In this document: in pieces, positions 1 to 6,979 of the stretch
Position numbering within the stretch: the stretch's first letter is position 1
Layout: each line of letters starts with the position of its first letter
Origin: Candidatus Micrarchaeota archaeon
GTDB taxonomy: Archaea > B1Sed10-29 > JAJSAI01
Assembly (NCBI GenBank): GCA_964625085.1
Contig: CAZVAJ010000005.1
Coordinates: 48,227 to 59,754, forward strand
DNA: 11,528 bases
Direction: 5' to 3'
The notes under the pieces: model-generated
Told to the model about the DNA's origin: nothing
The model's input: the letters and a program-made list of their open reading frames with translations, nothing else
Databases searched by the model: none
Made by a program: the position numbers and the translations under genes

Positions 1-23
1 GCTTCCCACCCTGGATTGCCAGG

Positions 24-55
24 GGATGAAGAAGATTTTGAGTGCTGAGCAGCAC
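24..55. repeat. 32-bp exact direct repeat, copy 1 (ggatgaagaagattttgagtgctgagcagcac)
   Basis: Identical to 793-824 by base-by-base comparison. Ends in the palindrome gtgctg-ag-cagcac (42-55). Confidence 0.97.
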
Positions 56-58
56 CAA

Positions 59-99
59 ATAGATATATTTATATAATTAGTTATATAGATATATACTAT
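59..99. promoter_or_regulatory. AT-rich near-perfect palindrome overlapping the likely TATA box of the TA operon; candidate autoregulatory operator
   Basis: 63-76 (atatatttatataa) matches the reverse complement of 81-94 at 13/14 positions. It extends to 59-62/96-99 with a 1-nt bulge. Contains tttatata (68-75). Confidence 0.55.
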
Positions 100-114
100 G
101 TGAGGTGTGCTTGT

Positions 115-399
115 ATGCAAACAGGAGTGTTTTTGTTAAATGAAAAAAGAGTTCTGCATTATCCTACTCTTAAAACAGTATTGCTGGTTGAGGAGGTTCT
201 AAGAAATGCGGACGGGCCTATTACACGAGCCGAGATAAAGAGGCGGTTGCCAGTTGATATAATGCATCAAACGCTAAATATCATCTTGACGTACCTTGAA
301 CAAAGGGGTATGATCTATGATAGCAGAAAAGGAGTAATATGGCTTGAACCCCCAAGCGCGAAGCTTGGAAAACTTATTGAAGACGGGATTGAAGTATGA
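115..399 (+). CDS. Winged-helix DNA-binding protein, putative antitoxin/regulator
   Basis: wHTH pattern (PITRAEIKRRL...QTLNIILTYLEQRGMI + wing). ATG 115 follows SD-like gaggtg (102-107); the ORF track extends it to GTG 100. Stop overlaps the next start (ATGA, 396-399). Confidence 0.7.
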   Translation: MQTGVFLLNEKRVLHYPTLKTVLLVEEVLRNADGPITRAEIKRRLPVDIMHQTLNIILTYLEQRGMIYDSRKGVIWLEPPSAKLGKLIEDGIEV

Positions 400-770
400 A
401 ACGACCAATAAGAGTAATCTATGTTGGGGATGCAAAGGAAGCTTACTTAAAGTTGAACAAGATTGTTGGGGCTGAAAAAGCAAAAGGAATACAAGACTCT
501 GAGAACCAACGTCTTCTTAATTCTTTGAAGAAAAAAGAAGAAATTCTTAAAGTCAATCCAGAGTATGGAGACCACATTCCAAGAAAGTACATTAAAAGAA
601 AAACTATTAAGAAATATGGCACCGATAGTTTGTGGCGGGTTGAAGTATACAATTATTGGAGAGCTATTTACACTCTTACAGGGAATGAGATAGAAATATT
701 AACCCTGATTTTGGATGTTGTTGATCACAACACATACAACAAATTATTTGTTCATTACAAGAAAAAATAA
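396..770 (+). CDS. RelE/ParE-superfamily-like toxin
   Basis: 124 aa, basic. L-x-x-NP-x-x-G, then LWRVE..YWRAIYT...ILILDVVDH..Y, resembles the RelE-fold pattern. Translationally coupled to the upstream HTH gene. Confidence 0.65.
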   Translation: MKRPIRVIYVGDAKEAYLKLNKIVGAEKAKGIQDSENQRLLNSLKKKEEILKVNPEYGDHIPRKYIKRKTIKKYGTDSLWRVEVYNYWRAIYTLTGNEIEILTLILDVVDHNTYNKLFVHYKKK

Positions 771-792
771 GCTCTGACGACAATTAGAAAGA

Positions 793-824
793 GGATGAAG
801 AAGATTTTGAGTGCTGAGCAGCAC
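793..824. repeat. 32-bp exact direct repeat, copy 2
   Basis: Identical to 24-55. Lies 22 nt after the toxin stop codon. Confidence 0.97.
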
Positions 825-930
825 TTATTTCCATTTTTTTGCGGTATGCAAGGATATTTAAACCCCTGGTTCTGAATATGCAACGTTGCTAGTTTAAGCA
901 GCTTTTAAAATAAAGTAGAGATGAACGAAC

Positions 931-1323
931 ATGCAAACCGATATTGCGAGCCTTAAACCAGGGGCAAGAGAAGTTGATCTGGTTTTCAAAGTGGTTGAGA
1001 AACAACCTGAAAGAGAAGTTACGAGTAGGTCTGACGGAAGTACTCACAGGGTATGTGATTTCAAGATAGGGGATCCTACCGGAATGATTACCCTCACGCT
1101 GTGGGATGACAAGATCAACATGGTTGAAGAAGGAAAAACGTACGAGATAAAAAACGGATACACGAATGTTTTCAAGAACAAGATGAATGTTAACGTAGGA
1201 AGGTACGGAGAACTTTCTGCTGTGGATAAGGATGTAACAGTAAACAAGGATAATGACCTGAGTGAGAAAGAGTACGAGAACCCTTACAGGAGGAGGTCCA
1301 GCTACGGCGGAAGAAGATACTAA
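931..1323 (+). CDS. ssb: Single OB-fold single-stranded DNA-binding protein (archaeal SSB/RPA-like)
   Basis: I..LKPG...V....KVVE, IGDPTGMITLTLWD, IKNGYTNVF, VGRYG are typical of archaeal single-OB SSBs. Arg/Gly-rich tail. Confidence 0.9.
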   Translation: MQTDIASLKPGAREVDLVFKVVEKQPEREVTSRSDGSTHRVCDFKIGDPTGMITLTLWDDKINMVEEGKTYEIKNGYTNVFKNKMNVNVGRYGELSAVDKDVTVNKDNDLSEKEYENPYRRRSSYGGRRY

Positions 1324-1326
1324 ACC

Positions 1327-1351
1327 TCCCTTTTCTTTCTATTTTTATTTT
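1327..1351 (+). terminator. Oligo-T-rich putative archaeal terminator between convergent ssb and dph5
   Basis: tcccttttctttctatttttatttt directly after the ssb stop. Confidence 0.45.
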
Positions 1352-2097
1352 TGCGCTTTACACAAGAACTCTTTTTCTACAGGGTGCAAGTCTCCTGGGA
1401 CTATGATCACGCTTAAAGGAGGCAGGTTCATGCCCATTATTTTTTCCACAGTGTCGTACACTATCTTTTGCTCAGGTGAACCTAGTCTTGAGACCGCGAT
1501 GACTTTTGTTCCTAACGTTATTATACTGTCCCTCTTTTCTTCGCTTATTTCAAGGAGTTCCTGCAGTGCTTCGCGCACTGTCATGAACTTGTTCTCGTGC
1601 GCGTGCAGGTCCAAGAAAAACAGGGTGTGAAGCCCAAGCTCTTTGTTCTTGGCCATCACGTCGTAAAAGCTGGCGGGCTTGTAGTTGTTCTCCCAGAACA
1701 CTATCGTGGCGCTCCTGCCGAACTTGTACGCCTGCAAGCCTGTTTCGCACACGGCAGAGTAAATGCTCGCGTTATGCACAATCTTTAAGGGTATGTTTTT
1801 TTCTCTTGCCCTGAGCACGAGATCAGCGTGCGTGGTGGCCACCATTGGATCTCCTCCCACCAGCACGCACACGTTATCTTTTTCCGCGTGTTTCAGGATT
1901 TCTCCAGATTCTATGAACTCCCTGTCCGCTTCTTTGATCTTTTTTCCCACGAGTTCTTCAAGTTTTTTCTTGTCCAGGCCCATGAGCCTGCTCGTGTACG
2001 ATTCCAGGAAAACGATGTCTGCTTTTCTTGCTTCGTCGAGTCCTCTGAGGGTCATGTCTTTCTCGTCCCACAGTCCGAGTCCTACAAGGGAGAGCAT
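1345..2097 (-). CDS. dph5: Diphthine synthase
   Basis: MLSLVGLGL..EKDMTLRGL, FLESYTS, LVGGDPMVATTH, HNASIYSAV...GLQAYKFG, N...GLHTL.FLDL, PG.LH..E.EFL. The start at ATG 2097 matches the family N-terminus. Confidence 0.96.
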   Translation of the reverse strand: MLSLVGLGLWDEKDMTLRGLDEARKADIVFLESYTSRLMGLDKKKLEELVGKKIKEADREFIESGEILKHAEKDNVCVLVGGDPMVATTHADLVLRAREKNIPLKIVHNASIYSAVCETGLQAYKFGRSATIVFWENNYKPASFYDVMAKNKELGLHTLFFLDLHAHENKFMTVREALQELLEISEEKRDSIITLGTKVIAVSRLGSPEQKIVYDTVEKIMGMNLPPLSVIIVPGDLHPVEKEFLCKAQK

Positions 2098-2098
2098 G

Positions 2099-2452
2099 CT
2101 ACTCCACCAGTATTTCGTCCTCACGTTTCCACGCGGGCACGGATATCACGAGCACTTCTGCAGGAGTACTGCCTGTTCTTTTCGCTTTGTGTCTGGTGCC
2201 GGGAAGTATTGTGACCAGCGTTCCTGCTTCGCAGTGCTCTGTTTTGTCGTCAAGTTCGAGGTCTATTGACCCTTTTAGCACGTAGTAAGCTTCTATTCCT
2301 GTCTTGTGGTAGTGTTTTACTGTTTCATCGTTTATCGTCACGTGTATAACGTTCACCTTTTCGCAGTCCTTGTATCCTGTGAGCTCTCTCATGGTTCCGC
2401 AGGTTATCCTCTGCGGAGAGCTTTCTTCCAGGCGTCTTTTGATGTAACTCAT
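2099..2452 (-). CDS. Cupin-domain protein
   Basis: HYHKTGIEAYYVLKG...GTLVTILPGTRH has the cupin motifs with intact H/H/E/H metal ligands. ATG 2452 overlaps the upstream stop (TAATG). Confidence 0.9.
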   Translation of the reverse strand: MSYIKRRLEESSPQRITCGTMRELTGYKDCEKVNVIHVTINDETVKHYHKTGIEAYYVLKGSIDLELDDKTEHCEAGTLVTILPGTRHKAKRTGSTPAEVLVISVPAWKREDEILVE

Positions 2453-3309
2453 TATTCTCCTCCCTTTTTTACTCCAGCCCACACGAAGTGTTCTGTTGCT
2501 CCGAACCCGTAAGGGGACTCAGCGTTTTTGAGTATGAGTTTCTTCAGCGATTCAAACTCTTCTGCGCTTTCTTCTGCAAGTTGATTAACCTCTCTCCTAA
2601 AGTTGCCGGCGAGTCCTTCGCACGCGAAGATTGTGATGGTGGTGAACCCTTTTGACTTCATGAACTCTTCCAGCTCCTCTGGTTTCCAGAACTTGGCGTC
2701 AGGAAAGCTTTTGTGCGTTTTAGGGTGCCATTCTTTTTTGTGTACTCCCCGCCGGAACATCTGCTGGTGGTTCTTGTCAGTGAACTCATACCAGTACTCT
2801 TTGTGCCGGAGGAGCATGGGGATTATCCCGTAGTAGTTTATGCAGGAGATGATTATTGGCGCGTTCTTTTTGGCGATCCTGCCCAGTTCTTCCACTGCTT
2901 TGGCCTGGTCCTTTCTTCTGGTCAGGTGGTACATCGGGCCCATGCACAGGACCGCGTCGAACGTGTCATCCCGGTAGATGGAAAGGTTGGTCACGCTGCC
3001 CTTATGTGCGCTTATGATGTTTTTTTCCACGCCTGCTTTTTTGATGTTCTTGTGTGCTTTTTCAATAATCTTCTGGCTGAGGTCCAGGATGCTTAGCTTG
3101 TACCCTTTTTTTGCCAGTGGGATCGCGTATGCTCCTGTCCCGCAGCCGATATCTGCGATGAGTCCTTTTTTTGGCAGAATCTTTTTGATGAACTGAAGGG
3201 TAGTGTACTGTTCTATGGAATGGTACGCGTCTTGTTTCAATCTCATGTCTTCGTAGTCTGCGTTTTCATCGTAGTACTCTTCCACTATCTTGATGGTTTT
3301 GTTTGTCAT
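2452..3309 (-). CDS. Class I SAM-dependent methyltransferase
   Basis: IADIGCGTGAY (motif I), ILDLS, FDAVLCMGPMYHL. Start is 3309 (gagg upstream) or 3366. Confidence 0.92.
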   Translation of the reverse strand: MTNKTIKIVEEYYDENADYEDMRLKQDAYHSIEQYTTLQFIKKILPKKGLIADIGCGTGAYAIPLAKKGYKLSILDLSQKIIEKAHKNIKKAGVEKNIISAHKGSVTNLSIYRDDTFDAVLCMGPMYHLTRRKDQAKAVEELGRIAKKNAPIIISCINYYGIIPMLLRHKEYWYEFTDKNHQQMFRRGVHKKEWHPKTHKSFPDAKFWKPEELEEFMKSKGFTTITIFACEGLAGNFRREVNQLAEESAEEFESLKKLILKNAESPYGFGATEHFVWAGVKKGGE

Positions 3310-3370
3310 CTTGCGGCCTCTTTTTGCTGTTGGGAATGGTTTTTTTGTGTCTTCCTTTATGACCATACTC

Positions 3371-3380
3371 TTTTATATTA
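3371..3380. promoter_or_regulatory. TATA-like element in the divergent methyltransferase / DUF59 spacer
   Basis: ttttatatta ends 21 nt before ATG 3402, consistent with a leaderless transcript. It also reads TATA-like on the minus strand. Confidence 0.45.
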
Positions 3381-3401
3381 TGTGGTGGGGAATGTTAACC
3401 G

Positions 3402-3674
3402 ATGGTTTCTGAGCAGGCTGTTCTGAACGCTTTGAAGGAGGTCATGGACCCAGAGCTGGGCATTGACGTGGTCAGCATGGGCATGATCCGGGACGTTAAG
3501 ATAGAAGGAAGCAAGGCTTTGTTAAAAGTGGCGCTCACGTCTCCTTTTTGTCCTTTTGCTCGGATGATTCTGGACAGCATAAAACAGAAGGCTCTTGAGG
3601 TCCAGGGGGTTGAAGAAGTCGAGATAGAAGAGGTTCCTTGGCAGGAAGGGTCTTCTACGCCTCAAGTGGATTAG
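3402..3674 (+). CDS. DUF59 / SufT-like (FeS_assembly_P) metal-sulfur cluster assembly factor
   Basis: AL.EVMDPELGIDVVSMGMI and LTSPFCP hallmark motifs. Confidence 0.93.
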   Translation: MVSEQAVLNALKEVMDPELGIDVVSMGMIRDVKIEGSKALLKVALTSPFCPFARMILDSIKQKALEVQGVEEVEIEEVPWQEGSSTPQVD

Positions 3675-4183
3675 GGTGTGATCCTCTCTATCTTATAGTA
3701 GGTGATGTCGCCTTCTTTGTCCAGGACAGCATATATCATTTTCTTTCTGACGTTTTGCGCGAGCCGGACTGCCCTGCTGAGCTCTGGGAAGCTGCACTTG
3801 TATTCTTCTGGGACCACGTGCACCAGCCAGATCGCGTGACCTTTCCCCGGTCGGTCTCCTCTTGCGTACACTCTGTAGTGGGTGCCCCACTTGAATCCTG
3901 TCCTGACGCAGAATCCCCTGTCCTTCAGGTCCTTGAAAACAAGGTATTTCCTTCCGAACTCTTTGTCAAGCCTGCTGAACTTTTTGAGCAGTTCTTCGTA
4001 CGACAGGTCTTTCCGGCCTGTGCTTGACACGGTGAATTCTTTTCTGTTCTCTTTCAGGTACAGCGCTTCTTCTGGTGAGAGAAGCAGCTTGTTTTTTTCT
4101 TTTTCCCCATACCCTTTTTGTTCTAGCTCGTCAGCAAGTTCTTTTTCAGTCACTACCACTCTATTGTCTGCTAGGAGGGCCAT
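3671..4183 (-). CDS. endA: tRNA-intron endonuclease, single-unit catalytic (alpha-type) subunit
   Basis: LSPEEALYL, Y.VFKDLKDRG, RTGFKWGTHYRVY (Tyr), GHA (His), RLAQNVRKK (Lys), ITYY. SD aggtga upstream. Confidence 0.96.
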   Translation of the reverse strand: MALLADNRVVVTEKELADELEQKGYGEKEKNKLLLSPEEALYLKENRKEFTVSSTGRKDLSYEELLKKFSRLDKEFGRKYLVFKDLKDRGFCVRTGFKWGTHYRVYARGDRPGKGHAIWLVHVVPEEYKCSFPELSRAVRLAQNVRKKMIYAVLDKEGDITYYKIERITP

Positions 4184-4232
4184 TACAGTTCACCTATCAT
4201 GTTTTTATACGGGCCTGGCTTTAAATGTTTAC

Positions 4233-5321
4233 ATGCCCTGTTTTGATCCTTTCAAGCCAACTCTTCCTCAAGACTATGAACGGTTGGCTGAAAACTTTGG
4301 GATAGAAAGGATAACAGAAGACATGCGGAAGAAGCTTCCTGATTCCTACCTGTTTAGGCGGAACATTGTTTTCGCTCACAGGGATCTTGGCAGAATCCTC
4401 TCTGTAAGAGAACAGGGCAAGCCTTTCGCGGTGATGACTGGAATAAAGCCAAGTAACGAGTTTCATGTTGGAAGCAAGCTCGTGGCAGATCAGATGAAGG
4501 TCTTCCAGGACATGGGCGCAGATGTCTTTTTCGCGGTTGCGGATATTGAAACTTATCATGTTAAAAGGCAGTCGCTTGAGAGGAGTAGGGAGGTTGCGCT
4601 TGATAATATAACTGACCTGCTCGCGCTCGGCATTAAGGAGGACGCGTACTTTTACTTCCAGTCAAGCCAGCCTAAGGTCAAGCTTTTGGGGCATTTGTAT
4701 GCCCGGGATGTTACTAATAACATGCTCCGGGCAGTTTACGGCGAACAGCAGATAGGCTATTATGTTTCTGCGTTGGTCCAGGTGGGCGACATCCTTTTGC
4801 CTGAAGAGCCTGAGTTTGGCGGGCCTAAGCCGGTTGTGGTCCCGGTTGGTTTGGATCAGGATCCTCACATTCGCTTGACTCGGGATATTGCAGGAAAGCA
4901 TGGGCTTGTGGTCCCAAGCAGCACATACAACAGGTTCATGCGCTCTCTTACCGGGTCGGACAAGATGAGCAAGTCAGAGCCGGCTGGAATGATATCGCTG
5001 TCAGAGTCTCCTGAGAGCGCGGGAAAAAAGGTGATGCGCGCGTTCACCGGCGGAAAACCGACAGTGGCAGAACAGAAAAAGGAAGGGGCTGACCCGCAGA
5101 TTTGCCCTGTTTACGATCTTTTGTTGTACCTTGAACAGGATGACAACGTTGTTAAGAGAAGGTTTGAGGAGTGCGTTTCTGGAAAGATAATGTGCGGGGA
5201 ATGCAAGAAGGACGTTGCAGAGAGGGTTAAAAAGTTTCTTGAGGCACACCAGGAAAAAAGAGATAAAAAAAGAGACGTGGCAAAGCAGATTGTTGAAAAG
5301 GTTTCAAAGGATTGTCCCTGA
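4233..5321 (+). CDS. trpS: Tryptophanyl-tRNA synthetase (archaeal type)
   Basis: DYERLAENFGI, RRNIVFAHRD, TGIKPS..FHVG (HIGH), VPVGLDQDPHIRLTRD, KMSKS, AFTGG. The real start is ATG 4233, after TATA-like tttttata (4202-4209); the ORF-track extension to 3882 is antisense to endA. Confidence 0.96.
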   Translation: MPCFDPFKPTLPQDYERLAENFGIERITEDMRKKLPDSYLFRRNIVFAHRDLGRILSVREQGKPFAVMTGIKPSNEFHVGSKLVADQMKVFQDMGADVFFAVADIETYHVKRQSLERSREVALDNITDLLALGIKEDAYFYFQSSQPKVKLLGHLYARDVTNNMLRAVYGEQQIGYYVSALVQVGDILLPEEPEFGGPKPVVVPVGLDQDPHIRLTRDIAGKHGLVVPSSTYNRFMRSLTGSDKMSKSEPAGMISLSESPESAGKKVMRAFTGGKPTVAEQKKEGADPQICPVYDLLLYLEQDDNVVKRRFEECVSGKIMCGECKKDVAERVKKFLEAHQEKRDKKRDVAKQIVEKVSKDCP

Positions 5322-5852
5322 TTCAAAAATCTCTTGGAACTCTTTTTCGTAGTCGAACGCGATTCCTTCAGAGTTTATTACAATCATGTTCTCGTTATTC
5401 CTCTTATCAGCATTATTGCTCCAGTTGAAACTGCCTGTAACCACAATTTCACCGTCTATTACTGCGAACTTGTTATGCATGCTCGCTGGGTTGGAGTCAA
5501 TCCTGACAGGCACTCCTGCTTTCTTCAGTTTCTCGTACTCCGAGTACTCTGACAGCTGGTCTTTTTCCACAACCACTTTCACGTCTACTCCCCTCTGTTT
5601 TGCCCGGATCAGTGCGTCAGAAACAGAGTCCAGGGTAAAAGAGTACACTGCAGCATGCACGCTGGTGTTAGCATTGTCTATGAGCATTATGAGATGTCCT
5701 GAACAGTTGTCTTCTGGGCAGAAGTAGGGCACTGCGGTCATCTTGCTTGGTTCTGGGCATAGCTGTTTCTCAAGCCAGGGCACTTTCTCAAGGCATCCGG
5801 AAAGAAGAAGGAGTGTTGCAAGCGCCAGGCTGGGCAGGATTATTTTGTTCAT
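5304..5852 (-). CDS. Phospholipase D-family (Nuc/Zucchini-like) single-HKD protein with lipoprotein-type signal
   Basis: MHNKFAVIDGEIVVTGSFNWS...NNENM gives HxK(x4)D(x6)GSxN plus Glu. YSFT and A..RGVDVKVV are also present. N-terminal hydrophobic stretch ends in LLSGC (lipobox). Confidence 0.92.
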   Translation of the reverse strand: MNKIILPSLALATLLLLSGCLEKVPWLEKQLCPEPSKMTAVPYFCPEDNCSGHLIMLIDNANTSVHAAVYSFTLDSVSDALIRAKQRGVDVKVVVEKDQLSEYSEYEKLKKAGVPVRIDSNPASMHNKFAVIDGEIVVTGSFNWSNNADKRNNENMIVINSEGIAFDYEKEFQEIFESGTIL

Positions 5853-6202
5853 AGTTCTGTCACTTTTAGTTTTTCTTTTTTGAGGTTCTTTGCGAGTGAA
5901 GAAAGTTCTTTTGGCACGAGCACTTCGTCACACTGTTCTATTCTCATTATGGCTTTCAACTTGTCTATCCATGAGCCCCATTCAATGTAGTCTTTTACTA
6001 TTATCTCTTTTGCTGTTAGTGTACCTTTTATGAGTTCTATTCTGTCTTCTGCTTTTTTAATCGCGGTGCCTACTGATGCTGTGGGCAGGTCTGCGTTGGA
6101 GTCAACCACGTACACGAGCACAATTTTTCCGTAGTCTTTCCCTATTCTGTCAACCAGGGCTTCTGTGCCTTGGACTGCAGGTACAAGCGCCCATTTCTCC
6201 AT
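5849..6202 (-). CDS. Universal stress protein (USP)-like protein
   Basis: LVP...IVLVYVVD...helix...IEWG...KL......EQCDEVLV follows the USP layout. The C-terminal ATP-binding Gly motif is absent. Stop overlaps the PLD gene start by 4 nt. Confidence 0.6.
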   Translation of the reverse strand: MEKWALVPAVQGTEALVDRIGKDYGKIVLVYVVDSNADLPTASVGTAIKKAEDRIELIKGTLTAKEIIVKDYIEWGSWIDKLKAIMRIEQCDEVLVPKELSSLAKNLKKEKLKVTEL

Positions 6203-6208
6203 TTTTTA

Positions 6209-6931
6209 TCACACTCTTTCGTACACTCCTTTTCTTTTTTCAATAATCTTGCCTTCTTCTCTGAGCACTTCAACACACGCGCGCACCAGCTGCGGGTCTT
6301 CTTTCAGCTCTTCAGAAACCTGGCTGATGTTCCTTTTTCCGTCAATCGCGCTCAGGATCCTCCACTCCAGTTCAGCCAGTTTTTCTTTTGTGACCACGTA
6401 GTATTTTTGGTCAAAGCCTCTGACACCCCTGACAAGATCCTCTTTCCCTTCTTCTGTCAGCATCCTGCTCAGTTCTTCTGCTTCATGCTCGTTTTCTATT
6501 ACAGCATATCCTTTTTCAAAGATTCCGGGTGTTCTTGGTTCTTGTCTTTTTGGGGATATGACTATTGGAAGGTACTTTTTGTCAAGCCCGATTATGGTTT
6601 TTCTGTTTTTGTTGAACTTGAAGAACACTCTTCTGGCAAGCAGGTCCTGGAATATCTCTTTTTCTTTTTGGTCTAGGATACTGTTTATTTTTTCAACTGT
6701 CCGGTCTGTTGAGAATATGTTGTTAACTTTTCTTATTACGTCTATTTCTTCTTCAACAAGCTTTCTCTCGCTTGCTTGAGCTTTCCCTGGCTTTTGGACT
6801 ATTATTATCCCTTTTGCGATTTCCTTGAACTCCAGCTCGTCTCTTTCCTCAAGCCCCAAGGCTTCTGCTATTTCCTCAGGGATTTCTGAGAAGATTTTTC
6901 CCTTGAACGAGTGGGTTCTGGCTTTTGGCAT
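6209..6931 (-). CDS. Hypothetical protein with N-terminal AbrB/MazE-like and C-terminal winged-helix domains
   Basis: EIPEEIAEALGLEERDELEF (AbrB pattern). RILSAIDGKRNISQVSEEL..DPQLVRACVEVLREEGKIIE (wHTH). Confidence 0.7.
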   Translation of the reverse strand: MPKARTHSFKGKIFSEIPEEIAEALGLEERDELEFKEIAKGIIIVQKPGKAQASERKLVEEEIDVIRKVNNIFSTDRTVEKINSILDQKEKEIFQDLLARRVFFKFNKNRKTIIGLDKKYLPIVISPKRQEPRTPGIFEKGYAVIENEHEAEELSRMLTEEGKEDLVRGVRGFDQKYYVVTKEKLAELEWRILSAIDGKRNISQVSEELKEDPQLVRACVEVLREEGKIIEKRKGVYERV

Positions 6932-6979
6932 ATGATAAAACTGGAGCGGTTGTATTATAAAAAGAGTTAGGAGAAGCGC

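Noticed and set aside
1..48. 3' end of an upstream CDS
   Set aside because: Several frames on both strands are open over this short stretch, so it cannot be assigned without upstream sequence.
24..824. CRISPR array interpretation of the 32-bp repeats
   Set aside because: Only two copies, separated by 737 bp containing genes; no cas genes in the window.
880..889. Perfect 10-bp palindrome gcaacgttgc upstream of ssb
   Set aside because: Several palindromes of this length are expected by chance in 11.5 kb; no second copy seen.
1262..3426. Several plus-strand ORFs opposite dph5, the cupin and the methyltransferase (similar shadows occur across 5334-8767)
   Set aside because: Ser/Phe-rich antisense frames with no recognisable motifs.
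3882..4232. 117-aa N-terminal extension of TrpRS in the ORF track
   Set aside because: Antisense shadow of endA. Homology begins at ATG 4233, which has a TATA-like box at the expected distance.
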